NCBI GenBank assembly: GCA_904063045.1
Contig: CAJFCJ010000028.1
Span: 310,001 to 374,000 of the forward strand
Origin: Dimorphilus gyrociliatus
Taxonomy: Eukaryota > Animalia > Annelida
DNA length: 64,000 bases
Direction: 5' to 3'
The notes below the pieces were generated by a model, which was not told the origin of the DNA, did no database searches, and worked only from the letters and a program-made list of their open reading frames with translations. The position numbers and the translations under genes were made by a program. Below, piece by piece: positions 1 through 13,000 of this stretch; position 1 is the first letter of the stretch; each line of letters opens with the position of its first letter.

Positions 1-808
1 ATAAAGATTGCAATATATCTTTTACTATCATCTTATTTAATTCTTACAATTTTATGATTTACGTATTAGCTATGATTGATGTAGGGATTATTCATATTGT
101 TGGGTTATTCTATCGCTGTTGAATACTCAAGGCGTGTCCATAAAAACGATCGATCAAAGATTATTCACTTTTTTATATTATTTAACTTTTGTACACAGAT
201 TTTTTTCAGTAAATTAGACCTAGTTTTACGGTAATAAATAACGTTTATTTATTGCAGTAACGCACCGCATCAATCTACAGCTTCTAACAATTCAAATACG
301 AATTGGCGCCAAAAGATATCAGTACAAGATAAGGGAAAAGGGAGCGGAGCTCTCCAACCAAGGAACCGTTAAGGCCTATTTCTTTTCTTCTTTTCATTAT
401 CAGTTTGATGAGATGAAAGAAATAATTAAGACAGGCTAGCGCAAAGTACATCTCATCAAAACTTTCGATTAAAAATACTATACGTAGAGAGAGAGAGAAC
501 TAAAAAAGGATAGAGAAGAAAAGTGAAAGAAACAGCAATACAAATAAATAAAGGATTAAAGAAACTATACAAGAGTGGAAAGAATATATATATATATATA
601 AATTTATGAATTTTCACATTATTGATTATCATACATAATAAATATAAATATAATTTATTATGCAATAAACTCAGTCAATTGTTAAATACATTTCTCTTTT
701 TTTAACACTAATATATATATATATACAAGACATACTATATACATCTATTAATTTATCTCTTATCTTACCCCTTCTCTCCGCTTTTCCCCCTCTTGTTCAC
801 TATCTGCC

Positions 809-810
<2 letters not shown>

Positions 811-844
<34 letters not shown>
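811..844. repeat. (CT)17 microsatellite within a pyrimidine-rich tract
   Basis: Perfect CT dinucleotide run read directly; it generates the spurious ERERER/LSLSLS ORFs at 760-1011. Confidence 0.95.
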
Positions 845-847
<3 letters not shown>

Positions 848-3137
848 AACTTACGTCTTTCTTCCCCTATTTCTCTTTCTCTCTTACACATACTTTCAAC
901 TCCTACTTCTCCTCCCTCTTTTTTTCCCTTAGTATACAGATTACCCTTCATCGTACGTTAGCTTATATTGTTAATTGTACGAAAATCTTGACAAATTATA
1001 GTTTATATTGATCGATTAAGTGGAAAAAAATGTAGAAGAAATTGAAAAATAATTAGGGAAAGTGGTAGTTTTGGACGACTAGGCCTATGAACTAAGCGAA
1101 TTAGAGCGGGCTTGCAAGGAATAAACAAATTGTAACAAATTAACGAGATAACAAATATATACAAAACCTGGGAAAAGGGCAAATCGAGGAATATACAGGC
1201 TTTATAAAATCTATTGAAAACCAACCGAAAAAACGTTCTATTTGTAATAAGTTGTCAGTCTTATGTAAATATTACAGCGAATGAGAAAAAGAAAATATTA
1301 AGCTAAAAAAAAAAAGAATGAGAGTTTTCCCATTTTGCAGTAGCTTTTCAAATTTATTTTCCTTTTAAAACTTTTAATTAAGTTTCCTACGACAAAAAAG
1401 CAAAAAATAAAACTATGTTCAAAATACGAACCTTTCGCAAAGGATGTCGGAGAAAAACTGCAAAGTAATGCTATCCCAACGACGACCGTCGCGCTACTGC
1501 AAAAAAACGATAGACTGGATATTTCTACTGCAATAGACAGCAATAGCGCCTCACTGCCCGAGAAAAAATGTTGAAAGCTTAATTAGGTTAGATTAGTAGG
1601 ACTGAGGAGGGTCTTATGAATATTAAATAGATCTAAAATTCGAATCATGTCTTTCGGACTGTTTGTTGGCGGTTAAATCGTGTTCGATCCCAGTCACGTG
1701 ATACGACTACAATTGATTAATAGGGGACGTCACTCTCAGGAGACGTTTAGCGAGCGTCAACGTTCACGAGTGAGAATTCGACTAGATACTGATAGACGAA
1801 ATATATCAAGCTTACGACTTGTGACCTTTCAATTGATGTAGTAGTAAATTTGATAAAACCGTTTTGTACTGTATGGATAATATACCATTCATAAATCTTA
1901 AAGCATAGAAAGTATCAAGATATATATATATATATAAATTTATATATATATATATAGGATTGTTAGTTGAAGATCCTTTCCATTCAGAAGACAAGAATAA
2001 GAAGTCTTCCTCAAAAAATTTAATTAAAGAGTAGTTTCAAACGTTTGTCACGAACAAGATCTCAGTATACTTTCTAGAAATATATATATATATATACAGA
2101 ACAGTTTTTACTATGTGTATTTATAGTATTTCCTTTCTTTATATATCTATATATAGAATATCCAATATTTCCAGCACACAGAGAATGAAATTTTTGATAG
2201 ATCGTAAACTCACTGGGGTGGTTCAACAAGATACCGCCGATAAGGTGAAACTAATCAATATTTCGGAGCGTTTCGGCATACCAGAGACAACTTAATGCTA
2301 ACTAAAAGATTATAGAAGGATGCTCTACTGCCATATATAATAAAAGCAGCTAAAGGAATGACAAAAGAGTTAATATATCTACACTAATAATATAACCTTT
2401 TGAATAATTGTATATGACTTTCTATATAGTAGATTTTAAACAGAATTGACTAGGAAATTTCTTCTCTTTCTGTCTATTCTTCCTTCCTTTCTTAGAGTAA
2501 TAACCCAATTTTTCCCTATTATAATTTCATCATACTATCTCTTTGTCCTCATTTTTAATCGTTTTATATAATTAATTATGTAAGTAAATATAGTTTCTAG
2601 AAAGTAATACACTAAAAAGCCTAGTATTGGGAAATTATCAATTTATAAACCGATTGGGAATTAGTATTCTGTAATCCAACTGTGGAAGTTTTTCCTGAAA
2701 GGAGTCAAGTTGCAAATTACTGAATAATTTATCTTTTATCTGTTGTTTTTTCTTTAATAAGTAACTTTTAAGTAAAGAAAAAAAAGATTAAAACACTTGA
2801 AAAAGAATGATTTGTAATGAATAATTAACTCTAGTTTCTCTTTTGCTTTTTCTCTTTCTCTTCTCTTCGTTTAAGGCCATTTATCTCATCTCTTTTTGCT
2901 TTCTGTTCTATCCCTCTTTCTTTACCTCTCCTTCTTTTCTTTCTCTTTCTCTTTCTCTTTTTCTCTCTCTCTCTCTCTCATCTTTCAATCCTCTTCAAGA
3001 ATCATTAAATATTTAGAATCTTGACGGTGTAGAAACGAGGTTTCTAAATGTTGGGTCACATGACCTTTGAAGTTCTAGTAAATTTAACTACTAGTATGCC
3101 TTGAAATAAAACAAACAGTGAAAGTATTTCAACGATG

Positions 3138-3208
3138 AGAGAGAGAGGGAGAGACCCTAGGGGAGAAACAGAAAGAGGGGGGGAGGGGAGGGGAGGAGAG
3201 ATGAGGGT
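3138..3208 (+). repeat. GA/G-rich purine tract with G-quadruplex-type motif
   Basis: GGGGGGG-A-GGGG-A-GGGG at 3177-3193 can supply four G3 runs with 1-2 nt loops; a CT-rich tract lies upstream at ~2920-2990. Confidence 0.6.
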
Positions 3209-6200
3209 AGAGAAAGAGTATTTAACGTAGAATCAATTGACGTGTAACATTACATTTGATAACTGACTATAATGCGGGTAAATATCATTAATATTCTATT
3301 AATAGTTGAATTTTTTATATAGTATACGACGTTTTTTTGTTTTAAAAAAAAACAGAAAAAACCATTCATCTAAAATAAAAACTAATCTTATTAATAATGA
3401 ATTTATCAAATACAGCGTTGTTTCCACTAATAAAACTCTGTTTATAATTATTATTTTACAAGAAGAGTAACTAAATGTCCTTGATAATTATACTGTAACT
3501 GTTTCTATCTTTATATACTGTATACTACGCATTCTATATAGTTTATATATCTTAAAAACTACACTTTCTCAAGTTCATAATTCTTTTGTGATAACGAAAA
3601 TCCAACACTCTTTGATCTGCTCTAAAATTACTGGAACCCTTTTTTTTTTCTTAACTGATATTTATCTAAATCACTCTAATTTCTATTCCTTTTATAGAGA
3701 ACAAAAAAACGTATGTTTTCCTTTAGCAAGAAAAAATCCCTCCTCCTATTACTGAATTTGATAAAGTATTTTTAAAGCTGGTAGGGATAACGCGATTCCT
3801 TTTTCATATATAGTAAGCGTCTAAATTGTTAATACAAATGCTTTCGGTGACTCTAATCCTTTAAGAATGTTATTGAAACTGGCGAAAAAAAAATATTTAT
3901 AAACATCGAGTCAACAACCAGGCGTCTAATTGATTAACAGTTGCAGATCAAATATTAAGGAAGTAACGAGACGTTTCATGTTATTCGTGCTTCATTAGCG
4001 TCTAATTTCCAACGCCAACAATTGTCAATACATTCTATAAACATTAGATTTTTTTTACTATGAAAAAATCTTTTCATGAATACTACTAATTACGATCAAT
4101 CTACCGATAGATGTCAATAATAGCATTATAGTTTTTAAAAGAAGGAAGATGCGCAAGATGTCACTGTTGAGTTCGTTATTCCTGATGTTATAATATGAAA
4201 ATAAGCTAAAATTCTTTTTATAAAAGGTTATAGAATCAGTTCAAAGATCGAAATTTAGTAGAAATCCATAATACGTTTATCGGACTATATATATTTAATA
4301 CTTATAAAAAAAATGAATTAACCAGATAATATTAGCATGTAAAGAAACGGTCATGAAATTCTCGTTATCATTTCTCCGCAATTCTATCAAAGATAGTCCA
4401 ACTAGAGGGAAAATTGGGATAATAAACAAATGTGTAAGAAAATTAAACAAATCTTGTTTAAATAATCTTGTACAAACGAATGTTTTCGATGAAAATCCTT
4501 ATTCTACTTTGAAATGTAATAGTTACTTTACTTCAAAATAAAGAAATTTCTACTTGAAAAAACACTGTACTTTATCAAATGACCTACGAAAGTAGATATT
4601 GAATAGAATTCTACCAGGTTTATTTCTTTAATTACGCAGAAAAACGTTCTTTGTATATATACCTACTTTTTTCCTTTTATAGAGTTTATCGAACTATTTC
4701 TTTTTTATCCCTCTCAAAGTATCCTCCACCCACTCCTTTCGGTGCTATCCTCTCAACTCCATAAAAAGATACAAATGCGCAATCATTTCGATATTTTTTT
4801 TTAATCTACCGAGAGGTTCCTTAAAGAGCTTTATATGTTTAAAAAGGATAGAGGGATAAGGGAAGATCAAGGATTGACAGTTAAAAATGGGAGTGAAATA
4901 CTTTGCTCTTCGATTTCAAATAGCTTAAGTTTCCTAGACGTACAATTTTTTTCCGTTTTCACTAATGTAGAGATGAAAGAGTGGAATTTTATCGAAACTG
5001 AACGTCTTCTTTGATACTATTATATTAGATTTACTTTTCAGAAAATACCAGTGCTTGTATACTTCCTAAATAGTTTTCAAATTTCTTAATTGAGCAGCTA
5101 TTTTTTTCTTCTAAACTCTATCTAATTTAAAATGTATGGTATTAGTCTTTCTAAGCTTAGTCTATTTGTAAATAGTTAAAAATTTATATTAATTGGTTTT
5201 AATACAGGAATTCTCTCTCTCTCTCTTTCTCTTTCGTGTTCTTTTCCCTCTCTCCTTTTCTAATAATACTCTATAATTAATTTAAATGAAAACTAAAGAA
5301 AATTTTACTTTTTAACATCAATTTAATTAATGTTTGAATCAATTTAATAATAATCTAATATTTTGTTTTCCTACAAACCTAATCAATTTATTAGTTTGTT
5401 ACGTGACTCTTTCGTTTATTCTATTTATTTCACTTTCGTAATTTCTTATAAGTTAAAAGGAAATGTGTAAATACCTTTTTGCAGTTTATACACAGATAAT
5501 CACTTAATCTCTTAAAAGACGATAAGATCCAGCCGCCTATGCTATAAAAAACATATTAGAGTCTACACCTGCACTGTAATATATATATTGTTTATATTCA
5601 AGTATATAAAAAGGGAATAAGGTTTCCACTGCGTTTACTTCCCTTACGTAGGCTAAACTTACTACATTTCTAACATAGTAATGGAAAAGATAAGAAATTT
5701 GATATTTTCGTTTCATTTTTGATAAAGCTCACTAAATTCGAAGTAAATATAAAGAAAATATTCATTTCGTAGTATACAGCAGACTATAAAGTATATATAT
5801 ATATATATATATATATACAGCATATATACAGTATATATACTTGTATAAGTCTATCTTTAGATAGAATCAAGAATATTCTATTATTTTCGATTTTTTCCAA
5901 TTCATCATCTAGTGATGCATCCTTCTTTAAATATAGAAAATATTCCATATATAATGTATATTTTTAGACTTTTAGGCTTCACTATCATCTTCTCAATTCA
6001 GATTGACTCTTTTTTACAGTTTCCTCTAAGAAGTGTCCAAGAATTGATAAGTTAATTAGCAGCTGCAAAAGCCTTTTTAATTAACAATCACGATTAATTA
6101 CTCTCTTCCTATTTCTTCAAGGTTTTCTTTATTTTCTCTTTCGTCTCTTGTTATTCTGAAAAATAAGCACTTTTCCCTAATGAAAAGAACATAATTTACT

Positions 6201-6755
6201 GTAGAATATAAATTAACCTGTAGTTCATTAACAAACAAACATAACGTTACAACGATAGGGCTATATACTTAAAAAAAAATAACAACAACATTTCTATTTT
6301 TTCACCAACTTTATAAATAACGCAAAATTCTTGGTGAACATTGTACTATTGTCTACTAGAGATCTCTTTAAAAAATTTGGCTGTTGTACTTTCATTATCA
6401 CGTGGGTTACGAATGATTATAGACGTAAACAATAGAGGAAGGCACGTGATAAAATAGAAATTGGTACAAAAGCCAAATTCTTGTTATGTCAAAGGGAGGA
6501 AAATATACTTGAGTAATTTAATAGAGGAAATTTTCTATTTGATTCCCTCCTTATAAAAACACAAACTTGTCATTGAAAGAAAGACTGACTGACTACAAAA
6601 GTATTAAGAATAGAGGCTGGAGGTTAGAGATTGGAAGTGTACAAAAAGTAACACCAGCTGTAAACCGCTAGATGACGCTGTAAAATAAAGGAGAACAAAA
6701 TAAAAGAATTAGAGTCATTAAATATTCAAATGAAATGATTTAAATAGAGAGAATT

Positions 6756-7862
6756 ATGTCTGTTTCAATAAATAGATTAATTCTGATTGCAAAGTCGACT
6801 ACATTTATATTTAGTTTGACAATTTTTATTATTGGTATTGCTATTACCCATACTATGAGACAAACACAAAAACAAACTTTTATAACTGATCAGTTTGTCA
6901 GATTATACGATTTGTTAAATTTATCAGACAGTTTATTAATCATTATCCCAACTTTTGTTATGATGACAGGGATTTCAATGTGTTTAATTGGTTTTCTTGG
7001 TATTATTAGTGGATTATCTTTAAAAAAGAATCTAGTAGTAATTTATATTGTATGTATGATATTACTTATATTTATGCAAGCATTGGGTTTGTTAATTCTT
7101 AGCGCAACGACAAACTATCAAAAACAAGCTTCGAGCTTAGCATCGTTTATTAAGACAAACTATCGCAATAGCTCTGAAGAGAAATGGAAAAAGTTTTCAG
7201 ATTATCTAGACGAAGGGCAAAAAGCATATAACTGTTGTGGAATTATGTCAATTAATGATTATTTTCATAGTTTCTATCACAATTTTACAGGAAAGCTTAA
7301 AATCTTTTTTTTTTTATAAAAAAAAAATCGTTTAACATTTTGCCTATAAATAGGATTTCCCATTCCGTATAGTTGTTGTTATGGAAATGTAACTCACAAT
7401 GATTGTATAGATCAATACAATAGCGGAAAAATTGAAAATATCCGTACAGAAACTTGCTTTAATGCTACGAAATTGAGAATAGAACATTTTAAATCAGTTG
7501 GAAAGGAACTTTTTTGGTGGATTATTATCCTTCAGTTCAATTCAACGATAATAACAGTTTTATTATTTTATAACATTGCAAATAGGACTATGAAATTGGA
7601 GGAAATCTCTTACGACAGCAACAGTAGTAGAAGAGTAGAACAAAGCAAACAAGACACGAAGATAGAATTTATTGATGTTTACAAAAATCCAAATATCTAT
7701 TCCAAACCGTCTCTTGATCAAGAAACTTTTATTAACTCGATTCAAAGTCTATCATCAATGAGTAAAGGATTTTGCACTACATCTGAATCTGACCATCGAA
7801 TTAGTAGACATTCATTTCCAGTGTTCTTTAAATCAATATCCTCTGGTCATTCTATGCTTTGA
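6756..7862 (+). CDS. Tetraspanin (2 exons; 6-Cys EC2; long C-terminal tail)
   Basis: Three N-terminal hydrophobic helices, then CCG (YNCCG) in exon 1. Exon 2 starts at 7354 (after tag) and reads FPIPYSCC...C...C into TM4 (LFWWIIILQFNSTIITVLLFY), in frame with ORF 7473-7862. The donor is either 7270 (GT) or 7291 (GA); both are phase 1. Confidence 0.9.
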
Positions 7863-9242
7863 AAATCAATAAATATGACTGTAAAAGATAAAAATATTGA
7901 TAATAATAATAATTAATATTAGTTTTATTATTATTATTATTGGAAGCGGGTCACCTTCTCTCTAGGCCCAAGTTTATTTACAAAGGTAGACCTGTGAAAA
8001 TAGACTTTTCTTTCTCGAGAAACTAGAGCACGACTAATGTCTGACAAAGTAAAAATAAATTGCAAATAGAGAAACTAATTCAAATTTCTTTTCTACATTG
8101 TTTTCATTCGGTTCTTTAATATTTGAACAATATTTTTTTTACTTATCGTTGCCTAATCCATAAAAAAGAGCCTACCTTTTTCGCTTTCTTCCCCTTTTTC
8201 GCCTACGTGCAAGAATTTTTTGTTTGTCAGAGAAGATAGATTATTTTCTTTAAAAATCAATTTATATTTAATAAAGACTCTAATAGTTAATTAGCCCTAT
8301 ATTTTTAAATAAATAAATCAAATTATCGAATAATGATTGCCTAAACAAAAGTGCTAATTAATAATATTGAAGGTCACCTTGAGAATTTTAACTTTTTTTT
8401 TTCTTGTTTTTTTTTTAAAGCGTTGATGATGGAAATTTTCGTAAAATTCAAGGTTAACTCATAGATGATAATCTATGTTAACTAGAGTCAAGTATTCATA
8501 ACGGTTCTTTTCTCTTCCTAGCATTACCTCTATTCTTTTGACGTAGTTATAAGTTTATAACATATAGACTTATCACCTATAAAGTATGTTAAAGCTTTTT
8601 CAACTAAAACACTGGTAAAAAATCTATATAATCGTATTATTTCGTCATAGATTATTCACTATGCGTAATTTATTAATATTTAAACACTCTCAAATGATAA
8701 ACTTAATAGATAAGAAAGTTATGAAATGATATTTCGTGGAAAGGATTTATAATTTGTTTTTTTAAAAAAACAAATTAAATTTTAACTTTCTAAATGTTAA
8801 TAATTCTTTAATAACTTTTGTATATAAGAAATTAAAGTTACTTTTTGAACGACTTTAAGGACATTAAAAAAATAAATAAACATTTCTATTCCTATTTATA
8901 ACAATAATAATAATAATAATAATAATGCTTTTAAAAACTCAGTATTTTCACTTTTGTCCTCCTTTTTATTTATCTATTTTGCATATATGCATCTATAAAA
9001 TCAAGTTTTGTATGCCCGAAAAAGACACAAACAAATATAAATAACATATTTATATATTTATTTATACTCTCTGAAGTCATCTTGTTAGATATAAGAATAC
9101 TCTGGAAAAGAATTTGAGGAAGGAAATGTAAGATTTTCTTCTTTGTGTTGAATTATTTGATAAAAACAACAATAGAACGAAGCAGTTTATTTTTTGTGTT
9201 CTGTAAAAATATTCTCCACTTTTTCACTTCTATATTTTCTTA

Positions 9243-9711
9243 TCACTTTCGTGTCTTCACAGTGGAAAGTGCTGCTTTTACCAATTTATTGTAAACAGTT
9301 AATGACGTAGCAACGCCAACTCCAATTGGTACTGAGACTATTGCTGCTCTTGGTAATACTCGACATATTGAAGCACATACTGCTAACGTTCCCGAGCTAC
9401 CTGTTTGTTTTTAATAAAGAAAAATTTTTTATCAATGAGGGATTGTAATTTCCAAATGCTTAATTAAAAAAATAACAAGACGGTAACTAAGAGAATTTCT
9501 TACTTATAACACCGGATGAGACGGCGTGAAGTGCTGATCTTTCTATTTGTTCACCCACCCTTCGGTATGAATTCTAAAAAATTGTCGAATTTTACAATTT
9601 ACTTTAATAATTTCTATTTAACTCTGTAATTTCTAATTATATAGATAAATAGTACAGTACCTGGTTAGTAGCGAGATTCTCAGCAATTTGAGCCATAGCT
9701 AGAGGTGCCAT
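9243..9711 (-). CDS. Unidentified 92-aa putative two-TM microprotein (3 exons)
   Basis: Exons 9711-9661, 9573-9504 and 9400-9243 are joined by GT-AG introns (87 and 103 nt) with matching phases 0 and 1. Product: MAPLAMAQIAENLATNQNSYRRVGEQIERSALHAVSSGVISSSGTLAVCASICRVLPRAAIVSVPIGVGVATSLTVYNKLVKAALSTVKTRK*. Good Kozak context (ataATGG). An upstream in-frame ATG exists at 9876. Confidence 0.7.
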
Positions 9712-10089
9712 TATAGTAAAGTAAGTCTCAAAGTTAAAGATTTGACGAGAATAAGTGTAGAGGAATATGACTAGCTCTATTTTGAGGATGGAGATCTTGT
9801 TAATACAAAAGTAACCTTGAATTCTCACGTGCCGGAAGTGTTGGCAAGCACGTGAATTAACTTCATTGTTTGGCATGGTACCAATCCCCGTAAACTACTT
9901 CCGATTCAGAACGGTGTCCAAATTAGATCAGTCTGTTCACTCCGCAAATATTCTTTTTCAACTATAATAATTAAAATAAAATTATTTTTGAGCGCTTTTT
10001 ATTCTTTTTAGTAATTATAACATTTCTACATAAGAGAATGAAAGCGATTATATTTCTTGCAAATTTACACCACATTAACTGCATTCAAA
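9712..10089. promoter_or_regulatory. Probable bidirectional promoter (microprotein gene / RSF1)
   Basis: 378 nt between divergent ATGs. Contains ETS-type CCGGAAGTG (9832-9840), a second ACTTCCG near 9897 and two CACGTG E-boxes (~9825-9855). Confidence 0.6.
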
Positions 10090-13000
10090 ATGGCGGATGA
10101 TGTAAGCGTTGCCTGCGACAAAGACCCCAATTTTGCTGTTATTTGTAATTTTCTCGATAACTTTAAGGATTTATTAGGTCTTCCCGATTACCCTTATCAA
10201 GACCTACAAAATGATATAAAAAACACATCAAAACGTATGTATTTTCTTAATTATTTAGATATTTTTGACGCTTAACCTTATTTCGTGCCATTTGTTTATA
10301 AACAAAGTCTCATTAATACAATTATTTATCAGAGTTTAATTCAAAAAATATATGTTTTTATATTTCTAGTTTCTGATAAACTATTGGATCTAATACTCAA
10401 ATTACTAAGAAGAGCCAAAAAATCAGTTAAAGTTGATAAATGGCAGCGGTCTTTGGTCAAGGTAATTATTTTGAAGTTTCATCCGCCTTTACTGCTATTT
10501 AATCATTATTTAAAACCGACAGTTTGCATCGTCGTATTCCGATGCGGATGCATGGGAATTTACGGAATACGTATTTCAAGAATGCAAATTAGACACTAAG
10601 TTAAGAGCAGTTAAAACATTGATGGAAGCGCAATTTGATTGCCATGCAAAGTTTAAGGAAAAAATCAACGAGAAAAAACCAACAGAACTTCGACAAATAC
10701 CAATAGGAAGAGATAAAAGAGGATATCAATATTGGTATCTTGTCGATGATGAATGCAACGTCCGAGTCTATTGCGAAGAAGTGGACGATACAGATAATTC
10801 TACTTGGACTGTTTTAGTAAGGAACAAGGATGACTTAAGCGAATTAATAACAAAACTCGAAGTTGGTGATATTCCAACAAATAATTCGCAAGAGAATAGT
10901 AGATCAGCTACTCCAGCTAGTATTCTCTCATCAGGTAAATTATTAAATGAAAAAAGTTTGTATTTTTTTTATCCTTTCTTTTCATTGTTTGCTTTATGGC
11001 AAACAACAAAATCAAACTAAATATGTAATTTTAAGAGAATTAATAAAATAAATTGAATTACATTATGTTTAGTATAGTTAAAGGAACGTTATTTTGGGTT
11101 ATTGTAAAGGTTTTGATATCTCATAAATATTATTTAGATTTTATAATATTTTTTAATTCAATTTTTAACATATTTCGTTTTATTACCTTACTAAAATTTA
11201 ATTATATAGCATAATTATATTGGAACGCAACTAATAAAGCTCTATCCTTCATTTTATAACAGAACAAGAAATTAAATCAACTACTCCTATTCCTAAATCA
11301 GAAACGGTTGAAGTGGATGAGAGTAAAGAATCTGTTAAAGTTACGAAAGAAGAAATTGAACCTTCAATGTCTCAAGAAACTGAAAATGCTATTAATGAAA
11401 AAGTTGAAAGTGAGAAGAAAGATGAAGTTAAAGAGGTCACTGGGGAAGTTAAACAGGAAAGCGTTAAAGAAGAATCTCCGATAGAAACTGAAATAAAAAT
11501 TAAAGTAGAGCCAAAACTTGAAGTTGCTAGCGAACCTGATATTGAGGTGAAAGATCAAATGAACAAAGAAAACCTTGAAACCACAAACGATACCAATGTC
11601 GAAAAAACTGTTCAAGATGCAATAAAAACTGAAAAGGAGCAAAAGGAAGAACAATCTGAATCGCCAACGGATAATACTACAGCCGCTCAAGCTAATGTCC
11701 TCGAAACCAAGGATGAAAATATCGAAAAGCCCGAACCCCCAAAAAGTCAACAAGAAGAAAGTCCAGCATCAAATGCAATACCGCCTTCTAACCAAGATAG
11801 TCCTGAAGTGCTTCCCGAAAATCGAAAAAGAAAGCGAGCGTCGCTAGAAGGAGAAGAAAATGTAAATTCAGAAGTTTCAGATTCGTCATCTAATGAAAGT
11901 AATCCAGAAGCTCCACCAAATAAAAAGCAAAAACCAAGAGTTAAAGTATGTCCGAAACATCCAAGAAAGCGAGCAGGGCAATCACCAGAGCCTTCAACTG
12001 ATGAAGATGAAGAAAAAGCACCTCAGGATAAAGAAAAGAGCAACGATGAAGAAAAAGAGGAAATACCAGAAGAACAAAATGATACACTAGACGATGTCAA
12101 AGAAGATGCTCCTAAAGTCAAAAAACCAGGCCGAAAACCAGGTAAGTAATTTGCATAATAATTTTGTATCTTTTTCTGATAAATTTATTTAATTAATCTT
12201 AGGATCGAAAACGAAAAAGAAATTTGACGAAGATCGTGATACGCCGCTTCGCCGATCATCTAGATCGACTAAGGGGCAAAAACCTAAAGAACTTTATGTA
12301 ATCGAAGCTCCTCCGACAAAGAGAAAATTAAAACTTCTGGAATTAGAAGAAGAAATGAGGGAATTTCCATCTTCAGATTCAGAAAATGGCGCAAATAGTA
12401 GTAAATCAGGTAAAGAGAGAAAAAAGAAAAAGAAAAAATCAGAAGAAAGTAAAGAGAATGGAGAAAATAAGAAAGAAGATTATGATGAATCTGATGATGA
12501 TTTCAAACCTTGGAAAAAAGATGGTTCAAAGAAAAAGAAAAAGAAGAAAAAAACTAAGAAAAGATTAACAACTCATAGTTCTGAAGACGAACTTTTCCGA
12601 GAGAATGAAGAAGAAGTGTCTCTATTTAGTACTGATTCTTCAGCAGATGAATGCGATGAAGATATAGCGGAAGGTGATGAAGAGTATATTCCAACCGGAA
12701 GAAATGCCAAACGATCAAAGGCCATTAAAGGTACCTAATTTTATATTTTAAGAACTTTGGATAAATTGCCTGTGATTTTTCTCAGAAAAACAGGTAATAA
12801 ATGACGATACACCATGTCAAGTTTGTAAGAAGTACGATCAACCTGAATGGGTAAGAACACCTTGCTTTTATTACTGTTTAATTTTTACTCTACATTTGTT
12901 TTTATTTAGATTCTATTGTGTGACACTTGCGATCTGGGATATCATGCCATGTGCTTAAGGCCACCGTTAATGAAAATACCTGATGGCGATTGGCATTGTC

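Noticed and set aside
85-234. Short + frame GLFILLGYSIAVEYSRRVHKNDRSK resembling a TM plus basic tail of a gene entering from the left
   Set aside because: No canonical donor links it in phase to the 258-372 segment at a plausible intron length, and no family was recognised; it needs upstream sequence.
456-1011. ORFs at 456-665, 760-951 and 793-1011
   Set aside because: They are products of (AT)n and (CT)n low-complexity sequence with no domain motifs.
1676-1700. GTGTTCGATCCC resembling a tRNA B-box or SINE remnant
   Set aside because: No A-box at the correct spacing and no cloverleaf can be folded.
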